In this document: piece after piece, positions 13,036 through 25,858 of the stretch
Layout: each line of letters opens with the position of its first letter
Numbering within the stretch: the stretch's first letter is position 1
Source: Hemiscyllium ocellatum
Lineage: Eukaryota
DNA length: 64,000 nucleotides
Direction of reading: 5' to 3'
Assembly: GCF_020745735.1 (NCBI RefSeq)
Contig: NC_083417.1
Span: 75,950,001 to 76,014,000, forward strand
Notes under the pieces: generated by a model
Seen by the model: the letters and a program-made list of their open reading frames with translations, nothing else
What the model was told of the DNA's origin: nothing
Database searches by the model: none
Made by a program: the position numbers and the translations under genes

Positions 13036-13904
13036 ATTTTCTGTCACCTCTGACAGCGATTCCCACTTTGGAACAATTGATCTGCACAGTCAGAAAAGCA
13101 CTGAAAATGTTCACACTAAGTCAAAGTTTTCAAAAACATCTTCAGTGGCCATGGTTTTTAAAAGTATATTGCAACCCATATAATATTTATGCAACAACCA
13201 ATGCATTTGCAATCCAATGCATTCGCTGTGTTGAACTTCAAACGTATGTGCTAATGCAGAGACATAGCTGATATTTTCAATAATGGCAATGTTGTACGCT
13301 TCATAGTATGAAATGTGAGACCTGTCTCTCTCCATAAGTGCTACAGTATCGAATACTTTTTTAAAAGCATTTTATATTTTTATTTCAGATATCCATCATC
13401 CACTGGATTTTCCTTTCTTATATTTTTTATAGTATACTGTGCAATGTTTTGGAACACACTGGATGCTTTTCAGTGAACCATCAGGGAGAACGAATGTTAC
13501 AGCAAATCCAGTTCTGGACCCGAAACATTCATTCTGCTTTCTCTCCACCGATGCTGCCAGATCTGCTGATTTACTCCAGCAATTTATATGTTTGTTTCAA
13601 TTGCACAACAATATTTTTTGATTCTTTTTCCACTGGGATACCTGCAAAATAACCTTTACTTAATGTCATGATAAATGTGCTATTACGTACCATTTTGTAT
13701 GTGTTATTTTATAAGATATTACCTTCGAAATGTTCATGTATAACATTTTCTAATTTACACCAGATAATTTCACTTTTATGCTGTAATTGTGTGCCATTTT
13801 GAATGAAGTAAGTATTCATTAACCTGTAAAGAGGTTGACTGAAACAAAATACTTTATGTAAGAAAATATTAAGCATTTCATTTTAAGCCCCGTTGTTTTA
13901 TGGT

Positions 13905-15062
13905 AAAATGATTGCTATGCATTGACAAATTGTATTGGGGGCAAAGTATTAGGTTGGATTGAAAATTGGTTGATTGATAGGAAACAAAGGGTAGTGATAA
14001 ACGACTCCATTTCGGAATGGCAGGCAGTGACCAGTGGGGTACCGCAGGGATCTGTGCTGGGACTGCAGCTTTTGACAATATATGTTAATGATATAGAAGA
14101 TGGTATCAGCAATAACATTAGTAAATTTGCTGATGATACTAAGCTGGGTGGCAGGGTGAAATATGATGAGGATGTTAGGAGATTACAAGGTGACCTGGAC
14201 AAGTTAGGTGAGTGGACAGATGCATGGCAGATGCAGTTTAATGAGGATAAATGTATGGTTATCCACTTTGGTGGCAAGAACAGGAAGGCAGCTTACTACC
14301 TCAATGGAACCAATTTAGGTAAAGGGGCAATACAGAGAGATCTGGGTGTTCTTGTACACCAGTCAATGAAGGCAAGCATTCAGGTACAGCAGGTCGTGAA
14401 GAAGCCTTATAGCATGCTGGCCTTCATAACAAGAGAAATTGAATATAGAAGTAAGGAGGTGCTTCTGCAGCTGTACAGGGCCCTGGTGAGACCACACCTG
14501 GAGTAGCGTCTGCAGTTCTGGTCTCCGATTTGAGGAAAGACATTCTGGCTATTGAGGGAGTGCAGCATAGGTTCACAAGGTCAATTCCTGGAATGGCGGG
14601 ATGACCTCACACTGAAAGACTGAAGAGACTGAGCTTGTAAATTCTTGAGTTTAGAAGACTGAGAGGGGATCTGATTGAGACATATAAGATTGTGAAAGGA
14701 TTGGACTGTCTGGCAGCAGGAAACATGTTTCCGCTGATGGGTGAGTGCCAAACCAGGGGACACAGCTTAAAAATACGGGTAGGCCATTTAGGACAGAGAT
14801 GAGGGGCAACTTCTTCACCCAGAGAATGGTGGCTGTGTGGAATGCTCTGCCCCAGAGGGCAGTGGAGGCCCAGTCTCTGGATTCATTTAAGAAAGAGTTG
14901 GATAGGCTCTCAAAGACAGTGGAATCAAGGGTTATGGAGATAAGGCAGGAAGAGGATACTAATTAGGAATGATCAGCCATGGTAATATTGAATGGCGGTT
15001 CAGGATAGAAGGTCTGAATGGCCTACTTCTGCACCTATTGTCTGTTGTCTATTGTCTATTGA
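13905..15062 (+). mobile_element. CR1 LINE RT and 3' end
   Basis: ORF 13922-14506 contains VTSGVPQGSVLG and SKFADDTKLGG; ends in a (CTATTGT)n tail. Confidence 0.95.
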
Positions 15063-15778
15063 CAGATTTCCGTTTCTTCAATTTTACCATAATGTAATGT
15101 CAAATATGCATCTATGCAGCAACATGGATGAACTGTATTAATGTATGTTTTTAAAAATGGAGACTATTTACCACTTTAGTGTGTTATTCTGATGATAAAC
15201 CTATGCAATTTTGGCTATTACGTGAAAGTAATTAAATGCATCTTTCGGTGATTGGAACAGTGCTGTTCCCAATCCAATAAAATAAAAATAATACAACACA
15301 ATCATTTCAGTCAATTTATTCCAATGTAAATGAGTGAGGTTCAGTAAAGAAATCTTCAAAAGTTTTTTTTTTGAACTCAAAATAAGTAGAATTTCATTTT
15401 GACTATTTGGTGAATAAAATGTTGTTGTAACTATTATATACCAAAAACACTGCATTATATTGAAATATACCTAATATGGGCATCGTCATCATTACTTTTT
15501 AATATTCACATTGTGCACTTTCCAGCAGAATGCACCTAAATAACACTCAGGAGCAGGGACTATGCTTCCCTCCCTGCCTCCAGTCTTTACCACTTAGCAA
15601 TAGTCAAAGCGAAATGAGTCTGGGTGGGTTATTGTTTGGAGGGTCAGTGTGAACTTATTGTGCCAAAAGTTCTGCTTCCACACTGTATGGAATCTAATCT
15701 AGAAAAAAGGACACATTTCCATTCAAGACCAAATAACCTAAATATTGAATCTGACTTGTTTGCCTTTTCTTCCTACAG

Positions 15779-16073
15779 TTTCTCCAACTCAGCTGCCGAT
15801 TCTCTCCAAAGTATATCCAAACTCGTCTTCTGGACTTCGTGTGTGAAACAAATGACTTTTATCCAGAGGTGATCATTCTCAAATGTTACAAAGATGGAAT
15901 TGAAAACACAATCCACTCAGAGACAAACAAAGGACTAAACATAAATGGGGTTTACAAGGTTTTCAACGTTATGATGTCTGTCCAGAGTGGAACTGTTTAT
16001 ACGTGTCAAGTATCTCATGTCACCCTCCAATGTTCAGTTAATGTGACATTTATTGATCCAATTTCGGACCAAG
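15779..16073 (+). pseudogene. Ig-superfamily C1-set exon (SIRP/B7-H6/tapasin-like type), disrupted
   Basis: Acceptor TTTTCTTCCTACAG at 15765-15778; phase-1 frame VSPTQLPILSKVYPNSSSGLR shifts at ~15838 into VCETNDFYPEVIILKCYKDG..VYTCQVSHVTL (C1 motifs C-x4-FYP and YxCxVxH); canonical Trp is Cys (TGT); donor is GC. Confidence 0.85.
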
Positions 16074-16284
16074 GCACATTACTTCACAGATATTACCAAA
16101 CTAAGAATCTTATATTGTACAATTTACATTAAGAGGCTAGCTGGCATAGTGTTAAATAATATTGGAACTTCAGCTATTCTCGGGCGTCCTGAATGACGAA
16201 AGAACACCCGCTTGCTGATAATGTCATTTGTACTTCAGAGATCAGACAACATTAAAGTAACGATCACCAAAATTGGTGGAGGAA

Positions 16285-16425
16285 ACTCAGCAGATCGGGC
16301 AGCATTTGTGGAGAGAAATTGAATTATCAGTTCAAGTCAGAATTGAAGAAGTCATGCTGGAACTCCAAATGGTTACTCTGTTTCTCTCTCCACAGATACG
16401 GCCAGACCTGCTGAGATTCTCCAGC
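16285..16425. mobile_element. Palindromic Penelope-terminus mini-element
   Basis: AAACTCAGCAGATCGGGCAGCATTTGTGGAGAGAAA is inverted against TTTCTCTCTCCACAGATACGGCCAGACCTGCTGAGATT. Confidence 0.65.
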
Positions 16426-16634
16426 ATTCTTTGTCATCATCCTCAGTAATATACTTTAATTCGATCATTCAAGGAATTTCACATTTACTGCACTTAAAAT
16501 TACCATTTTATAATGAAAATTTAATACCTCTCTTCTGCGTTGTTCGATCAAAGTGTGAAGAAGCTAAAGTTTCTAGACACGTGAGACCGTAGATCCCGAA
16601 ACTATATAATCGTTTAGTCTTGTTTCTTTTCCAG

Positions 16635-16737
16635 TTTTCTTGAATCCGTACACTATGGTTGTTCGGTGTGTAAATATTATACTGGTCCTTCTGATCATCA
16701 CTGTGAATCATTTTGCTTGCATCTAGTCCTTTGAAAG
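16635..16737 (+). pseudogene. Transmembrane exon of the C1-set receptor relic
   Basis: Acceptor TTTCTTTTCCAG, phase 1 matching the C1 exon; VFLNPYTMVVRCVNIILVLLIITVNHFACI* with Arg in the hydrophobic stretch; TAG at 16724; donor-like AAG|ATAAAC. Confidence 0.65.
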
Positions 16738-16939
16738 ATAAACCATTCATTCTTGACCAAGGCGTCTGAGCTTAATTAAGGATAGGGCAAAGACAAACCA
16801 GAATCACAAAGACAATTCAAGAATCATTGAAATTTCCAAAAGACCACAGACGGACACTCAGTTTTGGTTTTGCCAACAATGAGTAAACAAGTTTGAGCTC
16901 TCGGGTGATGCTGACTAGCATGGAACACTTTTCCCTCCA

Positions 16940-17335
16940 GCCACAGGGGCTAAAGGTTGACTTTATAAAGTTTTACAAAATCAATAGTGGCATGCATAGG
17001 GTGACTATCCAAGGCCTTTTTTCTCAGGGTGGGAGACTCGAAATCCAGAGGGCATGCATTTAAGTTGTGAGGAGAAAGATTTAAGAGATCTGAGGGGTAA
17101 CTTTTTAATTCAGATGGTGGTGCATGTATAAAATTAGCTGCCAAAGGAGCTGATGAGGCAGGTACAGTTGCAATATTTAAAAGGCATTTGGTAGGGTACA
17201 AGAATTGGAAGGGCTTGGGGAGATAATACTAAATGCTGGCACAAGGGACTAGATCAGTTTAGGATACCTGGTCAGTGTGGACGAGTTGAACCGAAGAGTC
17301 TGTTTCTGTGATGTATAACTCCATGGCTCTATAAA
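16940..17335 (+). mobile_element. CR1 3' fragment
   Basis: CR1 3' coding end plus tail GACGAGTTGAACCGAAGAGTCTGTTTC. Confidence 0.8.
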
Positions 17336-17392
17336 TGTTAGATAAAGACTGTTTATTATGCTCTGTGTGATCTCCTCTTCCATCATATTCAG

Positions 17393-17513
17393 TAAATGGG
17401 ACATTATCAGGAACTACGGAGATGATTACGGCTTCTGCTCGCTAATTGCAGAGCTTAAAATAACTCGACCTCTTGGTGGCAGTGGAAACCACTGTCCCCA
17501 TTTTAATGGATAG
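17393..17513 (+). pseudogene. Candidate cytoplasmic last exon of the same receptor
   Basis: Acceptor TCTCCTCTTCCATCATATTCAG; the phase-2 frame, compatible with the TM exon end AG|, is open: KWDIIRNYGDDYGFCSLIAELKITRPLGGSGNHCPHFNG*. Confidence 0.45.
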
Positions 17514-18799
17514 ATTTGGAAAGAGGATGTTTCAACTAGTGGTGAGGGGCCTGACGCATAATGCATGCTGACTGTTCACCATTCCCTCTCTGATCACCAG
17601 GCATTGCCATCAGTAGAGATTTTGAGATGACCACAGCCCCCAATAGGATAACACAACAGTGAATTTGGCTGGGCCTCATTGCTTCACTGGGATTTCCAAT
17701 TTTATTGGTGTTTAAGAGTGCAGGCTTCACCCCACCAGCATCCTTTGTTTTTCATAGATCCCCGAATGGGGAAGCACAGTTAGATAAGGTGGTTAAAAGA
17801 CAGATGAGATAGGCAGATAGAGTAAATACAAAAGCAGGAGATAATTCGAAAACTATATGAGTCACGGTTTAGGTCAAAGCTAATGTTTTATGTGCAGTTC
17901 TGATCAGCAAATTACATCATTGCTTGGAAGAGATTATACATGATATTTGCAGACATGTTGCCAGATCTTGAACATTGCTACTCTAAGGAAAGATCGGATA
18001 GGTCAATTGTCAGGAGCACACATTTAATATAATTAGCGAAGAATTAAATGGGAAAGGATATAAGGAAAAAGTTCTTGCCTGGAGTGGGTCTGGTTTTCAA
18101 TAATTTACTGTTGACTTTGGTGGTTGAGGCAGAAACCCTTAACCATTACGTACTAGAAACAGGGTGGTTGACTATTTCATTCAGCCCATACAGATATGGT
18201 AGGCTGAATGGTTTCTTCTGTGCCATAATGTACTCCAGTTTCTGAGGGTTGCATTCTGTCAGCCATTTTCAACATAAGTATAAAGGGATGCATTCTCATG
18301 ACCCATTTCAAATGAGTGTTGTCTCTTTGTCAGCTGACCTGAGGTGATAAGGCCTCTCAATTTCATCATGAATCTGCTCTCAGCCAGTTCAACATAAAGC
18401 TGGAGGTGAAAAGTGACTGCAATATGTGGTCTGCACAGGAACCATCTGATCATAAAATCATAGAAATTTACACAACATCTCAGCCATATAGCGAATTGTA
18501 TCAGCACCATGCCAAGTTGCCATCTCGTTTAATTCCAATTTCCAACACTGGTCTCCACGCTGGGTTACAAACATTTTGTAAAATGTTGTGAAGATATCTT
18601 CCTCCAGGCAGAGGGTGCTCAATCCTCAAAATCCTCTGAATGAAAACAATTTCCATCCAAACTGCTTACCCTGAATCCATGTCATTTGTCATGAACCCTT
18701 CAAACAAGGTAGATAGTATATTCTTATCGACACCTGGTAGACCCCTTATAATATTACTTGAATTATGTCTTTCTCTAGCCTCATCTGTCAAAGTGAAAG

Positions 18800-19180
18800 C
18801 AGACACAGACCTACTCAAACCTTCCCTTGTTTTCATTCACGGGATGTTGACATCACTGGTTGAGATAACACTTCCTGATTTGCCCTTGGAGCTAAATGGT
18901 TTTCTAGGACTATATCAAAGGACAGTTAATAATCAACCACACTGATGTGAGTCACATGATTGCCAGATTAGATGAGGACGACAGATTTCCTTCCCCAAAG
19001 GAACATTAGTGAACCAATTGAGTTTTATCCCAATTGTTAATGGTGATATAGCTGCCTTTGTATTAGCTTTTTTTTAAAAAAATCCAAAATAGATTTGCAT
19101 TTAGAATTCACCATATTTCATTGTGGGAGTAACACCAATACGTCTAGATCATCAGATTGCGATTCGGGATTAGCATGACA
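18800..19180 (-). mobile_element. Second tRNA-derived SINE family (degraded)
   Basis: Reverse complement of the family at 48935-49632 (GGAAGGAAATCTG..GTGACTCACA..GTGGTTGA). Confidence 0.6.
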
Positions 19181-20699
19181 CCATCACCTTCCTCATGACT
19201 TACATTTTCAGTCAATAGCCTGGCAAATCTCATCTTTATCCACTCTAAAACAATTGCATCGTTCCTATGAAGCTAAAACACGAACCAACCGTTTTTACCT
19301 TTCCAGCAAAACCTCCCACCTCTTTCTTATAAACAAAGCCTCAAGAATGACTCAGATGGTTTGAATATTTTCATATTGTTGCTAACAGTGCACATTTAAG
19401 TAATTAGCTTGTATTTTACAATGTGAGAATTCATATTTTTAGTTGGATTCTGAAAATCTACCGATTTTGTTTTATTTATCCACATACAGTACACATCACT
19501 GGACAGAAAACTGAATTAGGGAACCAAACACAGGACATACTGTAAAGATGGTTTTGGAATATATCAACAGCTGGACTAAAAGACTGTGTCACTTTGACTA
19601 TGCGGGTGCAGTGACTGTTGACATGTTGCAGTGCCAATTCAGCCATTGAATTAATATGACCACTAATTTTTATCAAATAGTTTATAGCAAACTTCGGATT
19701 GTTGTGAGCAAACAGAAATAGTGATAAGATTTGCACTCTTATTATCTGCAGAAAAATAAATCCTGTACACTTATCTGGATGGTCTTCCTTTTGAAAATAT
19801 TCAAAGCAGTAAATTCGTAGACATTTGTTCAACAAGTGATACTGTAGAGATTAGTTTATGTATAATGGTAATTCAAAATTTTTTGAAATTGGTTGGCATT
19901 TAGATTCATATGTAAGCCATATTGGTATGTGGATGGTAAATTTGTTTTAAGACAGGATAATTAATTGCTGAAAGGTATATGTGTTAAGAGTGTTTAATTG
20001 ATTAACAAGGTGTAACAAAATGCTTCAAATTATTATCATAGATCAACATTATCAAATAGAATCAAATCTTAAACAGGTATCAATTGAATGTTTGTTATCT
20101 ATCACATAGTCACAGCCGTAGCCACAAGCTTTTTGTTGGTGTATATAATGGCCTGTAAGGGATAATGAATGAATATATGGATTATCAAAGTTACACAAAA
20201 GGAGTGTCAATTGAAATTTCATTTCACAAATGCCTGAAGTGTTGCAAGCAACATTGTGTTGCTGGGATCAAAGCAGCAAATTCTCCAGGGGATGTTTCTG
20301 GAGTTAATTAACTAATCCAATGTCATTAGGAACTCTTTACCAAAAAACAATTGGGATATGAAAATATTACAGACCATTCAGTTGGGGACTTTTACTTCAA
20401 TAGCACATATTAAAGATATGACGGATTGAGATGATGCACAATCACTTATTGAGAACTGACTCTCTGCCTGCCTTTATTAGGAAATTTGACATTATTATAA
20501 ATACTATTGACTGCGGTAAAACCTCAGAGGTTACAGCATTCTGGAAAGTATCACAAAATTAAAAAAAAAATCATAATAAAACCAGATGAATACCCAACAT
20601 TGACCTGGAATTGGGTTTAGACACCACAAAACACTTACAGCTGGGTAGCAAACTTTGCAGTGACACCCATATCCGATGCATGAATACATTTTTAAAAAA

Positions 20700-22260
20700 A
20701 GTGACAGTATAATCTCTGTTTGTATCAAGAAGATTTAATCCTAATGCAATAACCAGCTAAAGATATCATAACATTTTGGTAAAGCGTTCTGTATCTTTTC
20801 TCCATGAAAATAATACTATTTTCTTTGTTCTCCCTTGCAAAATGAACAATTTCACATTTACCTGCATTATACAGTACTCCCTTAGCCACCTTCCGTTTCC
20901 ACTTATTTCTTAATATCTCTCTAAAAACTGTTTGTAAATTGCTTTTCCATCTATTTTTCTGCTTTCTGCAAATTTGGCCATAGCACATTTGCTTTCTTCC
21001 TTAGGTTATTAATATATATTTAAACAGCACTCACCCCTGTAGAACCCTCATGAGTAAGGTTGCCAACCTGAAAAAGGATTCCTCATCCCCCATTCACAGT
21101 TTCCTGCCTATTAGCTAAATCACTAGCTAATCACATGCAATAAACTACATCCATTGCCAGGGGCACTGAATTTATAACTTTACCTTTTCTGAGGTATCTT
21201 CTCGAATGCCTGCTGAAAGGCCTGCTGAAACTAATTCCCTTCTATCCACTCTGAATTGATTTCCTTTAATGAATCCATGCTGAATCTCTTGGATAGATTA
21301 TAATTTTCCCAACATGCTGCCAATACTTCCTTAATCATTCATTCCAGACTTGGAGGGCCGAAGGGCTTGTTCCTGTGCTGTAATTTTCTGTGTTCTTTGT
21401 TCCAACATTATTCCAACAATAGATGTTCAGCGTATAGATACCAGTTTTTTTCCTCACTTCTTTTTTTGAAAATGGTGCCACAATTTCTGATACTCTGGTA
21501 CTTCTCCAGCAATCAAGTATTTTTGAAAAAGTACATTTAAGGTGTCTGATTTCAATGTAGCTACTACTTTTAAGATTCTCAGGCACACAGCATTGCTTTG
21601 ACTAATAATACTTCTTAACTGGTGGTGATGGTACTTAATTCCTCTCGCATATTCTTTAATGTTAATGGAAAGTTCTAGTATCTTTCAGTGTACAGACTGG
21701 TGAAAAAAATATCTGTTCAACTCCTCTGCCATTCCCTTATCCTCCATAACTGTAACACAGATTCATTTTCCAAGGGGCCCATGTTCACTTTGATCTTCTC
21801 TCTCTTCCTTTTTACAAATTGAATTCATTTTTTATGATCCTGACTAGTTTGCCCTCAGATATTATTTTCTCCAATAGTCTTCCATTGCTGAATTTTACAT
21901 TTATTCCATTCTTCGTGACTATCATGGATTTTTACCTCTTTATATGTTATTTTCTTTCAACTTTCACTCTCCTTAACGTCCTTGGAATGTATCCCTCCCT
22001 GAGAATCTTTCCTCTTATCATGTATATATTTTTTCTCAGAATCATGAATTGCCTCCTTAAATGTTTGCCATTGCTCGCCTACTATCATTCCTGTTAATTT
22101 GTCTTCCAGTCCAGTACAGTTAACTCTATCCTCACTTCTTTGTAAATCTCTTTATTTAAGTCAAACACAATTGTTTCTGACATACGTTTCTTTCACTGAA
22201 AATGAATATTAAATTCTATCATGTCAGGATCACTACTTCCCAGGAGATCTTTAACTTGGT
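20700..22260 (-). mobile_element. Highly degraded CR1 LINE segments
   Basis: Fragments such as KCEIVHFARENK and VAPFSKKEVRKKTGIY resemble CR1 ORF2. Confidence 0.65.
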
Positions 22261-22639
22261 GGTTATTCCAGGATCACCAACTCCTTGGTTGGCTTCACGA
22301 CATGTTGTTCTCAGAAAACATAACAATGCACCTTATGCTGAATCGGAACCCATTTTGATGCTCAAAAGTTGCCAAGACTCAGGTGTTCTATTGGGTCGGG
22401 AGAGAAGAGGTTGGTGGCAGGGGAGAAGTCTCTAAGAACAATGGTGGGATAGGTGGGAAACCTGAGGATGTGACAGGCGATAATGTTGCTAAATTCATGG
22501 CATTTTTAAGGAAAACTCACCTGCCTTCCCACGAGGATTTTATAGGACAGGATTCAGGCCTACGAGATCAGGAAGCTACACCATGTCCACTAGGGGACAC
22601 AATACTTTGTCAAGGCTCTTTGGCGCTCAGAAAATTTTG

Positions 22640-23250
22640 ACTGTTGACCCCATTAAACCTCTATCTCAAATCATTATATTCTTTCCTTGTGATCAGTGCC
22701 CACTTAGCCTTTCCAAATCATACTCGCTATGCAAACTTTCTAATGTATATTCGCGGCCAACTCTTTAACCTTTTAATTGTAAATAATTCGGGTCCCAACG
22801 CCAATCCCTGAAGCACAGTCACGATTGCCAGGCAGAATACCATTTATTTATCCCCACTCTTTGCTGCCTGTCAGTCAACCAATCCTTTTTCCATGTTCAT
22901 GCCGAACATCATGTATTCTTATCTTTTGCAGCAGGCTTGTATGTGGCACTTTGTCAAAGGCCTTTTGGAAGTCTAGGCGTACTGCACCCATAGAGTCCCC
23001 ATTGTCTACCTTGTTCGTAATGTCTTCATAGAATTCCAAAAGCGTGGCCTGCCCTTCATGAACTCATGGTGCATCTGCCCAATGGGACAATTTCAATCTA
23101 GCCTTGCTATTTTTTTCGTTCATAATAGAGGCAAGCATCTTGCCCTCTACAAATGATAAGCTAACTGATCTCTAAATCCCCATATTTTTTCCACTGGGTT
23201 GGAGTTAGAAGTTTTAAGCCCAACACCACACCATTCCCCACAGATCTGAC
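22640..23250 (-). mobile_element. Degraded CR1 RT fragment
   Basis: Antisense frame LVCGTLSKAFWKS is the typical reverse reading of DFQKAFDKVPH. Confidence 0.7.
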
Positions 23251-23872
23251 TAGACGAAATTAACCATGACTGGGTCCTGCTGTTTCCAGCTAAAACTTTT
23301 GAGAAAGGAAGCTCGGGGCTGTTTTGCATTTTTTTTGCTCCACTATAACATGCTTTGTTATCTGCTTTGCCAATGTATTTTTCCAATCACCTCTAAGAAT
23401 AACTCTGAAGTGCTCACGGGGTTCTTTCTCATTAAAATTAAGACCAGGTAATCAGCTGACTCTGCCCCTTCCCATCACCAGTCTGCCAATGCATGCCTTC
23501 TCTAATTGTCTTTTGTCTGAGCCTTGATCCCTCATCTTTCTTTACTTTATCTTTTCCTTCCATCATTTTATCACTGATGTAAATCTGACTTTGAGAAACA
23601 CCACCTCTTCCCTTGATTCTATTCCCAACAAACTACTGAACAACAAATACCTCTCCTGGCCCCCATGTTAGTTTATATTGTTATTTATTCTGTCTTTTCA
23701 AAAACTGTCTCCCTCTTTCTTTAATTTGCCACCTTTACCCTTCTTAAAACCTTCTTTGAACCACTTTACTTTAACATTACCAGTCCATCTCCAATCTCCC
23801 ATGTCTTTTCAAAATCCTTGAATGTGTAGTCACCTCCCAAAACCATGCATATATATTACGAAACTCATGCTA

Positions 23873-24181
23873 AGATTAGATTAGATTACTTACAGTGTGG
23901 AAACAGGCCCTTCGGCCCAACAAGTCCACACCGACCCGCCGAAGCGCAACCCACCCATACCCCTACCCCTATCCCTAACACTATGGGCAATTTAGCATGG
24001 CCAATTCACCTGACCCGCACATCTTTGGACTGTGGGAGGAAACCGGAGCACCCGGAGGAAACCCACGCAGACACGGGGAGAATGTGCAAACTCCACACAG
24101 TCAGTTGCCTGAGGTGGGAATTGAACCCAGGTCTCTGGCGCTGTGAGGCAGCAGTGCTAACCACTGTGCCACCGTGCTGCC
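23873..24181 (-). mobile_element. HE1-type SINE, young full-length copy
   Basis: (TTAGA)n tail, full body and head; CTAAG on both flanks may be a short TSD. Confidence 0.92.
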
Positions 24182-24659
24182 TAAGAGAGGTTGTAACATG
24201 GAAACTATACCTACGATGTCTGTAGACTTCTGCCTCAATCCAGATGGTTCCATAAACTCGAAAGAAATAAAGTTATGAATGAGTATGGTACATGGAATAT
24301 AATTTTTTTAAAGTGGGAAGTTATCCACTTTGGGAAGAAGAATAAATAAAGAGTATTTCTAAAAGGATAAGAGATTTAAAATGCAGATTTAATATTCTCA
24401 AATAATATTCTCAAACAAGTTACTGAAGATTATTGCACATAAGCAAACAAATGGGAAGGCAAGTAGTACGATAGTCCTTAGCATAAGTGGATTTGAGATA
24501 GAAGTCATGTAATTTTGCTTCAGTTGCGTAGAACATTGCGTAGAGTGCATCTGGTGTACAATGCAGCTTTGGTGCTGTTACTTAACGAAAGATAAGTATT
24601 GAAATCATGGGAATGCAAAGAAATCCACTATACTTGTCCACAGCATGGCACGATGGTCC

Positions 24660-25320
24660 TACAAAGAGGGCCCCAAACAGTCCTTCCAGGTGAGTGAGAG
24701 GTTCACCTGCCTCTTTTCCAACCTCGTTTACTGCATCAGGTGCTTCCGATGTTGTCTTCTCTACAACAGGGAGTCTGATTGTTAAGGTAGGAAATGGTTC
24801 ACTGAGCATCACAGCCGGGCCCACAGAGGCTAACCAGACCTCCCAGTCACCACTCATTTCAATTTCCCAACCACTCCCATTCCTACATGATCATCCTTGA
24901 CCTCCTCCATTGCCACAATGAATCAGACTGCAAATTAGAGGACCAACACCTCATCTTACACCTGAGCAGCCAGCAGTCAAAAAGACTCAACATTGACACC
25001 TCCAATTTCAAATAAGCTCCCTCCCCATCCCCCGACTCCCTTCCCAGCCCATCCCTATCCCTTCCATTGCTACCTGCCACCAACCAGATTCATTCCTCCC
25101 ATTGACCAACTAGGCCTTACCCTCTACCTGTCTTTAACTATCCCCAATTCACCACCCTCGCCCCACCACTCCCTTTATCTGGAACTCGCCCCTACATCCT
25201 GAAGAAGGGTTACACCTGAAACATTGATATCTCCACGTCATAATGCTACCTGGCTTGATGTGTTCTTCTATCATCCTGCCTGTCTATTTTGAATTCCAGC
25301 ATTTGCAGTCTTTTTTTCTG
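24660..25320 (+). mobile_element. Penelope-like element 3' part (GIY-YIG endonuclease end + terminal repeat)
   Basis: Frames give RFTC..SNLVYCIRC..GLTG..LEDQHLIL.LSS (GIY-YIG region); terminal repeat carries a CTGAAGA..GAAA core. Confidence 0.85.
25196..25228 (+). ncRNA. Minimal type-I hammerhead-ribozyme-like motif in Penelope terminus
   Basis: ATC-CTGAAGA-AGGG TTACA CCT-GAAA-C-ATT-GAT: core, stem II and a 3-bp stem I (ATC/GAT). Confidence 0.5.
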
Positions 25321-25334
25321 TAAATTGGCAGATG

Positions 25335-25680
25335 GCCAATTATGACGGTATTAGGCCAGATATTTCAAAAGTTGACTGGGGACAGGTATTCGCAGATAAA
25401 GGATTGACTGGAAAATCGGAAGCCTTTAAAAATTAGATAAGCAGAGTCCAGAGACAGTATATTCCTGTTAGGGTGAAGGGCAAGGATGGTAGGTGTAAGG
25501 AATACTGCATGACGAGAGAAATTGAGGTTTTGCTCAATGAAAAGAATGAAGCATATGTCAGGGATAGACAACAGGGATAAAGTGAATCCCTAGAAGAGTA
25601 TAAAGGCAGTAGAAATATACTTATGAGAGAAATCAGGAGGGCAGAAAGGGAACATGAGATGATGGAATGATAAGTTTGCA
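25335..25680 (+). mobile_element. CR1 tether-region fragment
   Basis: ANYDGIRPDISKVDWGQVF..WEAFK-like frame. Confidence 0.7.
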
Positions 25681-25721
25681 GATGTCGCATAGATTGGCCA
25701 GATCATTGACCACCTTCTTCA

Positions 25722-25858
25722 CTGTTCTTTGGAAATGGTGGTAACAGAGAACTACTTCAGTTGACAAATTTCACATTCTATTGCAACTGCAAAGATGTGC
25801 TGTCAGTTTTAGTACTTTGAATTGCCATTAAGATTATAATGCACTTGCATTGAAAATT
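25722..25858. repeat. Left arm of a ~140-bp inverted repeat
   Basis: Reverse complement matches 26957-27113 (TTTTCAATGCAAG..AATAGAATGTGAAAT..GTTACCACCAT.TCCAAAGAACAGT). Confidence 0.8.

Noticed and set aside
13764-13807. 44-nt segment with a good acceptor and GTAAGT donor upstream of the C1 exon
   Set aside because: All three frames contain stops, so it cannot be the missing leader or V exon
13922-14506. Long RT ORFs (also 37697-38479 and 63398-63973) as active or domesticated genes
   Set aside because: Each is a fragment bounded by stops or frameshifts within an ordinary decayed element
15201-15455. Minus-strand YYFYFIGLGTAL resembling a V-J end
   Set aside because: Opposite strand to the C1 exon, no Cys, very AT-rich; likely chance
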